Assembly: GCA_963841915.1 (NCBI GenBank)
Contig: CAWJEN010000006.1
Span: 928,001 to 992,000 of the forward strand
Origin: an uncultured Planctomycetota bacterium
Lineage (GTDB): Bacteria > Planctomycetota > Phycisphaerae > Tepidisphaerales > Tepidisphaeraceae
Reading direction: 5' to 3'
Length of the DNA stretch: 64,000 nt
The notes beneath the pieces are model-generated. The model was not told where the DNA came from. It did no database searches and was given only the letters and a program-made list of their open reading frames with translations. Position 1 is the stretch's first letter, and each line of letters opens with the position of its first letter. Below, one piece after another: positions 1 through 9,176 of this stretch. The position numbers and the translations under genes were made by a program.

Positions 1-573
1 GGCCTGGCCGACCTCGGCATCGCGACCGACAAGCGTGGCTTCATCGAAGTCGGTGACGACTTTGCCGTCAAGGGGCAGTCGAACCTCTACGCGATCGGCG
101 ACGTCATCGGCCGGATCATGCTTGCCCACAATGCCGAGCAGGAAGGCAAAGCCGTCGCCGAGATGCTCGCCAAGGGCGGCTCGCCGCACGTCAATTACCC
201 CGCTTGCCCGGCAGTGGTCTACACGCACCCGGAGCTGGCCAGCGTCGGGCTGACCCAGGAAGAGGCGACCGAGAAGTTCGGCAAGGACGGCATCAAGATC
301 GGCAAGTTCCCGCTGCTGGCCAACGGCAGGGCGGTCGGCATGGGCGATTACGAGGGCAGCGTCAAGGTCATCGGCGACGCCAAGACCGACCGGCTGCTGG
401 GCGTTCACATTCTGGCCCCGCACGCCAGCGACATGATCGGCGAATGCGTGGTCGCCGTCGAATTCGCCAGCAGTGTCGAAGATTTGGCCCGTTGCTTCCA
501 CGCCCACCCGACGCTCCCGGAGGCCATCAAGGAAGCGGCCATGGCGGCGGACGGTCACGCCATTCATATTTGA
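1..573 (+). CDS. lpdA: Dihydrolipoyl dehydrogenase, 5'-truncated by the window edge
   Basis: Frame open from base 1: LYAIGDV..MLAH.AE.EG, VVYTHPELASVG, FHAHPTLPEAIKEAA dimerisation motif. Confidence 0.93.
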   Translation, partial: GLADLGIATDKRGFIEVGDDFAVKGQSNLYAIGDVIGRIMLAHNAEQEGKAVAEMLAKGGSPHVNYPACPAVVYTHPELASVGLTQEEATEKFGKDGIKIGKFPLLANGRAVGMGDYEGSVKVIGDAKTDRLLGVHILAPHASDMIGECVVAVEFASSVEDLARCFHAHPTLPEAIKEAAMAADGHAIHI

Positions 574-671
574 AGCACTGAATCTCTCTTGCACGGCAAG
601 GCACGTTTGATAACCTGCCGACTCCACCGCGCGTACCGCCTGACCAGCGGCACCCACGACTCTGGAGAGAT

Positions 672-1286
672 ATGAACCTCAAACTTGCTTCCGCGAGCCT
701 TCTGCTCGCTGCCATGCCTGCGCTCGGCCAGTTCACGCAATTCGCAGACGAACTCGCCTTCCTTGCCAACGCAGGCGTGGTGACGGTCGAAGACTTTGAC
801 AGCTTCACGCCCGGTGCCGGTGTGGACAACATCAGCTTCTTCGACTTCGGTGCCTTCACCGCGACGGCCACCAACGGCGCTGAATTCTTGGTCTCCAACA
901 GTTCGTTCGGAAACGTCAACGGCACGAATTTCATCGACGGCTTCGTCGCCTCGTCGCCTCAATTCCGCGACGTCACCCTCACCTTTGACAGCCCGATCAC
1001 TGCGTTCGGGGCCGACTTCCTCGACCCCGGCAGTGGTGCGGGCCTCGCCTTCGAGGTCGGTGGGGTGACCGCCCTCGACGTCACGCCCCTTGGCACAGGC
1101 AGCGGGTTCGCCGGCTTCACCAGCGACACGCCGTTCACGAGTGTCACGCTTGTCCCCGGCACCGGCACGTCGCCCGGTGAGGTCTTCAGCCTCGACAACC
1201 TGACGGTCGGCGTCGTGCCCGAGCCGACGAGCGTCGCGCTGCTCGGGTTGGCCAGCCTGGCCGGTCTGCGTCGCCGCCGCAACTGA
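672..1286 (+). CDS. PEP-CTERM sorting domain protein
   Basis: GGAGA RBS, signal peptide, C-terminal VPEPTSVALLGLASLAGLRRRR. Confidence 0.9.
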   Translation: MNLKLASASLLLAAMPALGQFTQFADELAFLANAGVVTVEDFDSFTPGAGVDNISFFDFGAFTATATNGAEFLVSNSSFGNVNGTNFIDGFVASSPQFRDVTLTFDSPITAFGADFLDPGSGAGLAFEVGGVTALDVTPLGTGSGFAGFTSDTPFTSVTLVPGTGTSPGEVFSLDNLTVGVVPEPTSVALLGLASLAGLRRRRN

Positions 1287-1303
1287 ATCAAAGCAACCGT
1301 TTT

Positions 1304-1335
1304 GCGACCCGCAACACAACCGTGTTGCGGGTCGC
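1304..1335 (+). terminator. Intrinsic terminator-like hairpin
   Basis: 14-bp perfect stem GCGACCCGCAACAC/GTGTTGCGGGTCGC followed by TTCATTTT, just after a stop codon. Confidence 0.75.
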
Positions 1336-1383
1336 TTCATTTTCGGCATGACACATCGCCCGGCGCGTCGATAATCTCTTTAC

Positions 1384-2109
1384 ATGAGCGAGAACGGACA
1401 CAACCAGCCCGAGGGCAACGAGCAAGATCAGGCCACGCAGGACGCCGACACGAAGCCGACGCCCAAAGCCGAGGTGCATCGCAAGGCGTCTGACGAGTCT
1501 TACTCGATGTTCGGCGGTCTGGCGACCGCGCTGCCGTTGCTGCTGAGCATCGGCGGGGCGCTCGTTGCCAGCGCCGCCACGGTGGATCACAACAAGCTCG
1601 ACCGTGACGGTCACGACGACAGCGGCGAAGAGGACGACGACGGTTGGTTCTCGAGCCTGACCGACGTCGGCGGGTCGCTGATCAGCAACGGGGCCAAAGC
1701 TGCGGGTATCGCCGGCGTGCTGCGGGCGATCGGCAGCGGGAACGTGACCGGCGCTGCCGCCTTGGCCGCCAAGGCCATCGCCGCCAAGAAGCTGGCCGAA
1801 TACACCGCTGCAGCAGGCAGCAAATCGGCTCGAGCCGCCGCCCGCCACCCGATCGCCACGCTCGGCAGCACCGCGGCTGCTTATAAAGCCCGCGGCTACG
1901 CACGAACCGGGTACGGCCGCACCCGCGACGCCGCCCGCGTCCTCCGCCACGGCCGCGGATCTGTCGCTCCCCAAAGCAGTGCCGTCGGTGCCGCCTTCAT
2001 GGGCCTGGCATTGCTGAGCGTCGGTGCCGGGTTCGCTTACCTGTTCGACAAACAGCACGGCGAAGACCGCCGCCGCGGCCTCCGGGAATCCGTCGGCCTC
2101 GGCAAGTAG
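1384..2109 (+). CDS. Hypothetical Ala/Gly-rich membrane protein with YtxH-like C-terminal motif
   Basis: GC3-biased ORF; GAGFAYLFDKQHGEDRRRGLRE resembles the YtxH-type GAGxxYLFDPxxGxxRR motif. Confidence 0.6.
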   Translation: MSENGHNQPEGNEQDQATQDADTKPTPKAEVHRKASDESYSMFGGLATALPLLLSIGGALVASAATVDHNKLDRDGHDDSGEEDDDGWFSSLTDVGGSLISNGAKAAGIAGVLRAIGSGNVTGAAALAAKAIAAKKLAEYTAAAGSKSARAAARHPIATLGSTAAAYKARGYARTGYGRTRDAARVLRHGRGSVAPQSSAVGAAFMGLALLSVGAGFAYLFDKQHGEDRRRGLRESVGLGK

Positions 2110-2164
2110 CGTCGCGCCCGACCGATGCTCGAAGCGTCGAATTTCCGTCCACAAGATCACCCCA

Positions 2165-2192
2165 GAGCCGCGGTCCCACGGGACCGCGGCTC
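2165..2192. repeat. GC-rich palindrome between convergent genes (REP-like or terminator)
   Basis: GAGCCGCGGTCCC-AC-GGGACCGCGGCTC; degenerate copy at 22083-22109. Confidence 0.6.
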
Positions 2193-2258
2193 GGGGTCGC
2201 TTCGACGTCAAAAGACCACCGCCTTCACCAAGACCGTAATACGACACCGCAGCCCACT

Positions 2259-3224
2259 TCAACCCGCCTTCGCCCGCTCGGGCGGCTGTGTCTTCCATCG
2301 GCGGTGCAGCCATAGATACTGCCCCGGCTCGCCGCGAACGTTGTTCTCGATCGCCTTCGTGTACCGCTGCGTGATGTAACGAAGCGGATCGTCCGCCGAC
2401 TTCCAGTCGGCGGGGTAAATGACGTCCTGGCAGTCGATGTGGAAGCGGAAGTCGTACCCGAGCCGCCTGCCGAAGCCGACGATGACCGGCACGTCGTAAC
2501 GCATGGCCAGCAGCCCGATCGACTTGTACGTAGAGGCCGGGCGACCGAAGTAGTCGACGAACATGCCCTTCTTACCCGCGTCCTGGTCGGCGGTGAATCC
2601 GACCGCCCCTTTGGCCTCTAGCACCTCGGGCAGCTGGGCCATCGCGCCGATCTTGTCGACGATCTTGTGCCCCTTTTCCTCGCGGACGCCCAGGACATAA
2701 TCGTAGAGATACGGGTTGTTCAGCGGCCGGGCGACGGTGGTCGTGCCGAAGCCCATCGTGGCGAGCATGTAGCCGACGACTTCCCAGTTGCCGTAGTGAC
2801 CGGCAACGAGAATGGCACCTCTGTCCTGTTCGATGAGGTGCCTGAGGGCCTCACCGAGTTTGTCGCCGAGCACGAAGTGCCTGGCGAGCCGATTGAGCTT
2901 GACGTACCGCGGCGTCAGCATGAACTCCACCGCAATGAACGGGAGCAGCCGAAAGCTGTCGCGTGTGACGCGCTTGTAGACCTTCTCCGGCTGGCCGGGG
3001 AAGCTGGCCCGCAGGTTCTCCATCGAGCGGACGCGGTGCCGCTTGTCGACGAGGTAGAGCAAGTCGCCCATGCCTGCGGCCAACGACATGCACGCTTCGA
3101 GCGGGATGCAGTGGAGCAAGGTCGCAAACGCTCGGACGCCGAGATAGACGGCATACTGGGTGGCCTTGCTTTGCGGCTTCTTCTTTCGCTTGCGGCGTTT
3201 TTTTTCGCGAACGGTCTCTGCCAC
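2259..3224 (-). CDS. Lipid A biosynthesis lauroyl/lysophospholipid acyltransferase (LpxL/HtrB family)
   Basis: GHYGNWE, ADQDAG, FVDYFGRPA, PGQYLWLHRRWK motifs. Confidence 0.9.
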   Translation of the reverse strand: MAETVREKKRRKRKKKPQSKATQYAVYLGVRAFATLLHCIPLEACMSLAAGMGDLLYLVDKRHRVRSMENLRASFPGQPEKVYKRVTRDSFRLLPFIAVEFMLTPRYVKLNRLARHFVLGDKLGEALRHLIEQDRGAILVAGHYGNWEVVGYMLATMGFGTTTVARPLNNPYLYDYVLGVREEKGHKIVDKIGAMAQLPEVLEAKGAVGFTADQDAGKKGMFVDYFGRPASTYKSIGLLAMRYDVPVIVGFGRRLGYDFRFHIDCQDVIYPADWKSADDPLRYITQRYTKAIENNVRGEPGQYLWLHRRWKTQPPERAKAG

Positions 3225-3275
3225 GCACGCAGCGTAGCGAGGTGAAGCAACGCGACAGCAATAGGCTCAGCCACC

Positions 3276-3695
3276 GTGGAAGCCGCTCCGGACAACGCAC
3301 GCTTGTCGGCCTTATCGCCGCTGGCCTGGTTGATGACGAGCCGAGGGTTCGCCGGGACCATCGTGGTGACGGTCACTCTTCTGGTTGCCGGGACTCTTCT
3401 GGACCTGCCTTTGTGGCAATGTCCCTTTGCCGCGTTGGGCGGTTCGTGCCCCGGTTGTGGCCTGACGCGGTCGGCGGCACAGTTGGTGCGTGGCGAGGTG
3501 GATGTGTGGAACGTGCATCACGTCACGGTGCTGCTCCTGGTCATGCCGCTTCTGTGCCTGCTCGCCGCCGCGACGATGCCGAGACGTTGGGTGACGACGC
3601 TTACCAGGGGTGTGGCGGCGGTGGAGCGAATGCTCCTTCTCTGGCCAGTGTTGTTTCTATGGCTGACGCTTTACTGGTTGCTAAGCGGCTGGTAG
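3276..3695 (+). CDS. DUF2752-like membrane protein
   Basis: CPF..LGGSCPGCGLTRS motif flanked by TM segments. Confidence 0.75.
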   Translation: MEAAPDNARLSALSPLAWLMTSRGFAGTIVVTVTLLVAGTLLDLPLWQCPFAALGGSCPGCGLTRSAAQLVRGEVDVWNVHHVTVLLLVMPLLCLLAAATMPRRWVTTLTRGVAAVERMLLLWPVLFLWLTLYWLLSGW

Positions 3696-3707
3696 AACCT
3701 GGGAACT

Positions 3708-3971
3708 ATGGAAACCTTGGGACTCATTCTCTCTGTTGCGGCATTCATTACGTCGCTCGTCTGTTTCATCATTATGGTGATTGAACTATTTAAGGAACAG
3801 GGCATCTTGTTGGGTGTCCTCGGCATCTTGTGTGTGTTGTTCACCTTCATCTGGGGCTGGATCAAGGTGGGCGAGCACGGCAAGAGCACCGTCATGATCG
3901 TGTGGAGCATCGCGATCGGCGTCGGCATGTTGGCGAACGTGTTTGTCGGCGCAGGTGCTTCTGCAGGCTAA
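3708..3971 (+). CDS. Small three-TM hypothetical membrane protein
   Basis: Hydrophobic 87-aa ORF with FIWGW motif, directly after the previous gene. Confidence 0.7.
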   Translation: METLGLILSVAAFITSLVCFIIMVIELFKEQGILLGVLGILCVLFTFIWGWIKVGEHGKSTVMIVWSIAIGVGMLANVFVGAGASAG

Positions 3972-4135
3972 CGACCAATGATGGCCGCAAAGGCGGCCGC
4001 GGCGGCGCAGGTCGTATTCTGCACAAGTTGACTGCAGGGCGGACGCGGAATGACGCCGGAACATCGTAATCGACGGCGGTACCGCCTCGTGTGGCGCACG
4101 ACCCGCCGACGCAGCGGCAACCGTCGGCGGGACGA

Positions 4136-4151
4136 TGTTCCACGTGGAACA
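4136..4151. promoter_or_regulatory. parS: parS-type ParB binding palindrome
   Basis: TGTTCCACGTGGAACA, fits the bacterial parS consensus TGTTNCACGTGNAACA. Confidence 0.88.
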
Positions 4152-4203
4152 GACCGGGGCGGCGCGACGAACGTACGTGGCCGCTCGTGGCGAGGGTTTG
4201 CAA

Positions 4204-4219
4204 TGTTCCACGTGGAACA
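4204..4219. promoter_or_regulatory. parS: parS-type ParB binding palindrome
   Basis: TGTTCCACGTGGAACA; palindrome extends to AATG...CATT (4202-4221). Confidence 0.88.
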
Positions 4220-4418
4220 TTCGCCGAGTCGCCGACCCCGATGGCCGCCGCGGCGCAGCGCCTGGCGTCGTTTTTGCAACTTTGTCGGCCTCGCAAGGTG
4301 TCTGGCATGTCTGCAACGGTTTCTAACGTTGTCGGACCCGCGCCCCGGCCCGTACCGTGGCCCCGGCTGGTGGCGTAAGTCACCTGCCCTTACACACATG
4401 ACACGCAGCATCCCCTCG

Positions 4419-6248
4419 ATGAACACACTCCTTAATTCTCGCATGACCGGTACCCGACGCATCGCCACCGCCGCTTCAGCCGCGGTCGCAGTCGTCTTCG
4501 GCGCGCTCGCCACCAACGCCAACGCCGACGTCGCCGAGGCCATCCCGAGCGACGCGCTCTTCGCCATCAAGATCAACGACATCCAGTCCGTCTCAGACGA
4601 CTGGGGCGCGTTGGCCAAGGAGTGGGGCCTTGACCAGATGGAGCCGGGCATGGCCGATCCCATCGCGGCGATAAAGGGAGAAACTGGCATGGGCGAGGGC
4701 ATCGATTTCGACGGCGAAATGGGCATCTACGCACCGGCCGGCGCTGATTTCGACGGCGACGAGCCGCCACTCGTCGTGCTCGTGCCCGTCAGCGACTACG
4801 ACGCGTTCCTCGACAGCTTCGAAGACCGTCGTAAGGAAGGCGATTACGACCTCGTCACCAGCCCCGAAGGTGAAGACGTCTACGCCAAGAAGGTCGGCGA
4901 CTACGCCGCCATGACCCCGATGATGGACCTGCTCGGCATGGGCGGAGAACTCGGCCTGAAGATGGACGGCCCCAGCGGCGACCAGTTTGATGAGCAGGAC
5001 ATCACCCTTTACGCCAACTTCGTCAGCCTTGCTCCGATCCTGAACAAGGCGATCGAAGAGAACGGCGGCAAGGAGAAGATGATCGAGGAGCTCGAAAAGG
5101 CGTTCGAGAGCGGTGACGTTCCCGAGGGCTTCAAGCAGTACCAGCCCGTCGCCAAGGCCGCCGCCGGTCAGGCGTACATGGTGCTCGAGAGCTTCCTGCG
5201 TGACGCCAAAGCCGCCACGGTCAGCGTCGACTTCAACCCTGAGGCCGGCATCGCCGGCAGCGTTGTCGCTCACTTCAACGAGGGCAGCTACCTCGGCGAC
5301 GTCATGGGCAACCTCAAGACCAGCGATGGCTCGCTCCTGAGCGGCCTGCCCGAGGGCAACTACCTGTTCTTCGGCGGCAGCGCTGCCGATCCTGAGCAGT
5401 CGACGAAGCTGTTCACCGACCTCGCCGGCCCCGTCCTCGAAGAGCTGCAGGGCCTCGACGGCGAGGTTTCAGAGCTCGTCGGCGAGCTGGTCTCGTCGGT
5501 CGAGAAGGCCCTTGGTGCTACCGAGAGTGCCCGCTTCGGCCTGTTCGCACCTGACGTCAGTCGCATTGGTCAGGCCCCGCTGCTCCAGCAGGTCCAGATC
5601 ACCAGCGGCGACCCGGAACTGCTGATGGACGTCGCCCGCAAGGGTGCCGAGATCAGCCCGAAGCTCATGCAAGCCATTGCCGCCCAGGCTGGTGAGGCAG
5701 ACGCCCCTGACGTCGGCGTGAAATTCGAAGAGAACGCCAAGGAAGTCGCCGGTGTCACGTTCACCAAGTCGACCACCGAGCTTCCGCAGAACGACGCGAC
5801 GCAGGCCCTCATCACGAACCTGTTCTTCGGCCCCGAAGGTCAGACCGCTTACCTCGGCACCGTCGAGGACAGCTTCCTGTCGGTCAGCGGCCTGAGCGAT
5901 GACCAGATCGCCAGCGTTGTCGAAGCCATCAAGGCCGACGCGTCACCGCTGACGGAGAAGAACGGCATGGAACTGATGGCAGACAACCTGCCCGAGGATC
6001 GGTCGATGGTTGTCTTCTGGGACGTCGGCGAGACGGCCCGTGCCGGCCTCGGCGCGCTGCAGGCGTTCGGCCAAGCTCCGCCGATCCAGATCCCGCAGAA
6101 CCTGCCCCCGATCGGCATCGCCGCCGGTCCGGCTGAGGACTCGCTCATGATCGGCGTTCTGGTTCCCAAGGACCTCGTCAGCGCCGCCATCGTGACCACC
6201 ATGCAGCTCCAGGGCGGCATGGGTGGCCCGCCGAACCAAGGCCTCTAA
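4419..6248 (+). CDS. Exported acidic hypothetical protein (DUF3352-like architecture); start uncertain (4398/4419/4443)
   Basis: Signal peptide ending ANA-D, IPSDALFAI N-terminus, strong codon bias; the ORF extension to 4050 runs through parS and is spurious. Confidence 0.7.
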   Translation: MNTLLNSRMTGTRRIATAASAAVAVVFGALATNANADVAEAIPSDALFAIKINDIQSVSDDWGALAKEWGLDQMEPGMADPIAAIKGETGMGEGIDFDGEMGIYAPAGADFDGDEPPLVVLVPVSDYDAFLDSFEDRRKEGDYDLVTSPEGEDVYAKKVGDYAAMTPMMDLLGMGGELGLKMDGPSGDQFDEQDITLYANFVSLAPILNKAIEENGGKEKMIEELEKAFESGDVPEGFKQYQPVAKAAAGQAYMVLESFLRDAKAATVSVDFNPEAGIAGSVVAHFNEGSYLGDVMGNLKTSDGSLLSGLPEGNYLFFGGSAADPEQSTKLFTDLAGPVLEELQGLDGEVSELVGELVSSVEKALGATESARFGLFAPDVSRIGQAPLLQQVQITSGDPELLMDVARKGAEISPKLMQAIAAQAGEADAPDVGVKFEENAKEVAGVTFTKSTTELPQNDATQALITNLFFGPEGQTAYLGTVEDSFLSVSGLSDDQIASVVEAIKADASPLTEKNGMELMADNLPEDRSMVVFWDVGETARAGLGALQAFGQAPPIQIPQNLPPIGIAAGPAEDSLMIGVLVPKDLVSAAIVTTMQLQGGMGGPPNQGL

Positions 6249-6278
6249 GGCTTTAGACGGTTCTTCCGCGAACACAAA

Positions 6279-6306
6279 AAGCCCCGCCACAGTTGTGGCG
6301 GGGCTT
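6279..6306. terminator. Bidirectional intrinsic terminator
   Basis: AAAAAGCCCCGCCACA-GT-TGTGGCGGGGCTTCTT between convergent genes. Confidence 0.8.
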
Positions 6307-6336
6307 CTTCATGCGCTCAAAATCGATGGAGACGTC

Positions 6337-6843
6337 CTATTCAAGTACCCAGTAGTACCGCTTGTCTGCGATGCGGCGGAAGTTGCCGAGCGTCAGATCG
6401 CCATCGTCCAAGGCAGCGTCGATCTTGGTCATGTACGCGTCGTCACGGGTCGGTCCTGTCCCGTCAAAGTGGACGCCGACAGCCAGGCCGACCCCCGAGT
6501 CGTCGGACTCGATGTCCCAGCTTCCACCGACCGGCGTTGGCCTCTCGAACGCTGCACAATCGATCATGCCGTGCATCGAGACGGGACATGTGCCGGTCGA
6601 TGAGTCCTCTGGATTGCCTGCGAACTGAGCCGCGTAGAGCGACAAACCCTGCTGAAAATGCTCAAGATTCGCCTGGAACACGGTTCGGCGGGCGTCGTCA
6701 TCGTGGTCGGCGACCTTCGGAATGATGATGGCCGCGAGAATGCCGAGGATAACGACCACGACGAGGATCTCGATGAGCGTAAAGCCCCGGCATGAGGCCT
6801 GCGGTCGGACGATGCAACGGGTATGTGCGGTAGCGTGGTTCAT
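6337..6843 (-). CDS. Prepilin-type N-terminal cleavage/methylation protein (pilin or GspG-like pseudopilin)
   Basis: GAGGAG RBS; RGFTLIEILVVVVILGILAAIIIP class III signal. Confidence 0.88.
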   Translation of the reverse strand: MNHATAHTRCIVRPQASCRGFTLIEILVVVVILGILAAIIIPKVADHDDDARRTVFQANLEHFQQGLSLYAAQFAGNPEDSSTGTCPVSMHGMIDCAAFERPTPVGGSWDIESDDSGVGLAVGVHFDGTGPTRDDAYMTKIDAALDDGDLTLGNFRRIADKRYYWVLE

Positions 6844-6901
6844 GCGGCTCCTCGGTGCGGGTAAACGTTCGGCAAGATGTGATCTACGATCTATCGCCTT
6901 G

Positions 6902-7435
6902 GTGGACCACCCGCACATGACGCGTCACTCCGGTGGCTGGTTTGTCGCCTCGACCGCCCACGTCAGCGGCGACGTGCGGATCGGCCGCGACGTCAGCCTC
7001 TGGTTTGGTGTGAGCATTCGTGGTGATGTGGCAGCCGTCACGATCGGCGTAGGCACCAATGTTCAGGACAATGCTGTCATTCATTGCGATGCAGGCGTGG
7101 CTAACGACATCGGCACCGGCGTCACCATCGGCCACGCTGCCATCGTGCACGGCAGGCGTGTCGGCGACGGGTCGCTGATCGGCATGGGTGCGACGCTGCT
7201 GGGCGGCAGTGAGATCGGACGCGAATGCCTTGTCGCCGCCGGTGCCGTCGTGCCGCCGAACATGATCGTGCCCGAACGCACGCTCGTGGCAGGTGTGCCC
7301 GCCAAGGTCGTCCGCGAGGTGACAGCGCGTGACTTGGCCTATCTGCAGAAACTCCCGCCGCACTACGAGCGACTTGCAGCTGAGCATGTCGAAGGCAAAC
7401 ATTGTGCGGGCGGACGACCTTTAGAAGACGCATGA
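6902..7435 (+). CDS. Gamma carbonic anhydrase family hexapeptide-repeat protein (start 6902 or 6917)
   Basis: GDVRIG, IRGDV, TNVQDNAVIH, TIGHAAIVHG, LVAGVPAKVVR. Confidence 0.9.
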   Translation: MDHPHMTRHSGGWFVASTAHVSGDVRIGRDVSLWFGVSIRGDVAAVTIGVGTNVQDNAVIHCDAGVANDIGTGVTIGHAAIVHGRRVGDGSLIGMGATLLGGSEIGRECLVAAGAVVPPNMIVPERTLVAGVPAKVVREVTARDLAYLQKLPPHYERLAAEHVEGKHCAGGRPLEDA

Positions 7436-7914
7436 CCGCTTTCCGCATCGGCCACGGCCACGACATCCACCGCGTCCAGGCCGGTGGCTTCATGAAGCTG
7501 TGCGGCGTCACCGTCGCCCGAGACCGCTCCTTCATCGCTCACAGCGATGGCGATGTCGCTCTCCACGCCATCGTCGACGCGATGCTGGGCGCGCTCGGCC
7601 AAGGCGACATCGGTCGCATCTTTGACAACACTGACGAGCGGTGGAAGGACGCAGACAGCAACTTCTTCCTGCAGGAGGCGGCTAATCGAGCTGAAGCTGC
7701 AGGGCTCTGCTGCATCAACCTCGACGTCACGATCCTCGCCGAAGCACCGAAGCTGGCAGGGCACATTGAGGCGATGCAGACGTCCCTTGCCAAAGTCCTG
7801 CGCGGGCAGATCAACATCAAAGCAGGCACCAACGAGGGCTGCGACGCAGTCGGCCGGGGCGAGGCCATCGTGGCGACAGCCGTCATCCTGCTCGGCCCGA
7901 TCAAGTCGTCGTAG
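7432..7914 (+). CDS. ispF: 2-C-methyl-D-erythritol 2,4-cyclodiphosphate synthase
   Basis: RIGHGHDIHR, AHSDGDVALHAIVDAMLGALGQGDIG, INIKAGTNE; ATGA overlap with the upstream gene. Confidence 0.95.
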   Translation: MTAFRIGHGHDIHRVQAGGFMKLCGVTVARDRSFIAHSDGDVALHAIVDAMLGALGQGDIGRIFDNTDERWKDADSNFFLQEAANRAEAAGLCCINLDVTILAEAPKLAGHIEAMQTSLAKVLRGQINIKAGTNEGCDAVGRGEAIVATAVILLGPIKSS

Positions 7915-9034
7915 CCGCGTCTGCAGGTTCCTTCGATTCACCTGGGAACAGCAGAGAAAGCCCGATCCCGACGCTGACGGCCAGGGTGATGACACCCAGC
8001 GTGATCCAAGGCAACGCAGCCGCAAGGGCCGGTGCTGCGTCGTGGAGTGAGTGCCCGACGAGCATCTTGACGCCGATGTAGCCGAGCACGAAGGCCAAGG
8101 CTGGCTGCAGGAATCGAAATTCTCGAATGACGCCGGCCAGGGCGAAGTAGAGCGCCCGCAGGCCGAGAATCGCGAAGATGTTGCTCGTAAAGACAAGGAA
8201 CGTGTCCGCCGTGATGCCGAAGATCGCTGGTATGGAATCAACGGCAAAGATGAGATCCGTAAACTCGACCACGATGAGCGTCAACCCCAGTGGCGTGAGG
8301 ACCCAGCCGGCGGTCTTTGCAGCTGATGTCGTCGAAGGCTTAGGTGCTCCGAGATCGACCGGCTTCGGCGGATCGGCCTCGGGATCCTCGTGAAGCGACT
8401 CACCGGCTGCCAACTCCTCGCGGCGTATGACGAACCGCTGCCCGTGCAGCGTGTCGGTAACCGGCAAGAAGCGGTAGCTGAGCCGGACGATCATCGACTT
8501 GTTCGGATCGTGCTCGCTCCCCGCAAACAGCAGGCGGATCGCAGTGAAAATCAGAAAGATGCCAAAGACGTAGATGATCCACACGAATCGCTCGATCAGC
8601 TCCGCGCCGATGAGGATGAACACGCCTCGCAGGACGACCGCTCCGAGAATGCCCCAGAACAGCACGCGGTGCTGATATTGATCGGGAATCCGGAACGTCG
8701 AGAAGACAAGCGCGATGACGAAGACGTTGTCGATGCTGAGCGACTTCTCGGTGAGGTAGCCGCTGATATAGCTGACGACCGCCTCCCAGCCTGTATCGGG
8801 GTACAGGTAGTCCGGGCCCGGCTTGCCATCAGGGTACAGGCCGACGCCGTCCCAATGGCTGTTGTAGACGAAGTAGACCACGCCTGAAAACGCCAATGAC
8901 AACCCGACCCAGATCGCCGACCAGATCAGCGCCTCTTTCACGCTGACCACGTGGGCCTTGCGGTGAAAGACACCGAGATCCAGGGCGAGCATTGCGACGA
9001 CGAACAGCAGGAACCCTGCCCAGAGCCAAACCAT
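7901..9034 (-). CDS. TerC/Alx family metal homeostasis membrane protein
   Basis: EKSLSIDNVFV, QHRVLFWGILGA, DLIFAVDSIPAI, TSNIFAILGLRALYF. Confidence 0.93.
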   Translation of the reverse strand: MVWLWAGFLLFVVAMLALDLGVFHRKAHVVSVKEALIWSAIWVGLSLAFSGVVYFVYNSHWDGVGLYPDGKPGPDYLYPDTGWEAVVSYISGYLTEKSLSIDNVFVIALVFSTFRIPDQYQHRVLFWGILGAVVLRGVFILIGAELIERFVWIIYVFGIFLIFTAIRLLFAGSEHDPNKSMIVRLSYRFLPVTDTLHGQRFVIRREELAAGESLHEDPEADPPKPVDLGAPKPSTTSAAKTAGWVLTPLGLTLIVVEFTDLIFAVDSIPAIFGITADTFLVFTSNIFAILGLRALYFALAGVIREFRFLQPALAFVLGYIGVKMLVGHSLHDAAPALAAALPWITLGVITLAVSVGIGLSLLFPGESKEPADAATTT

Positions 9035-9176
9035 CCCAGAACATAGCGCCCGCTGCGGCTGAACAATTTTGCACTTGATCCGTTAGGGCGTTGTGCGCAT
9101 ACTACCCGAACAACGTCCGTCCGAACCATTACCGCACATCGCGGACTTATCGGCCGACGGCAGCGGGCAAAGGATT

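Larger units (their letters stand above)
3992..4261 (+). repeat. Non-coding element, copy 1, carrying two parS sites
   Basis: Shares co-linear blocks with the reverse complement of 24900-25180 (see findings). Confidence 0.8.

Noticed and set aside
4136..4219. Paired palindromic repeats as a mini-CRISPR array
   Set aside because: Only two 16-bp repeats per locus, they match parS, spacers are 52 and 60 bp, and there are no cas genes
4050..4397. Long N-terminal extension of the 732-aa ORF and short MFHVEH/MFHVEQ peptides
   Set aside because: These are translations of the parS palindromes and the repeat element; the signal peptide starts downstream
9035..9176. yybP-ykoY manganese riboswitch upstream of the TerC/Alx gene
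   Set aside because: No recognisable consensus in this short divergent intergenic region; needs cmsearch to exclude fully
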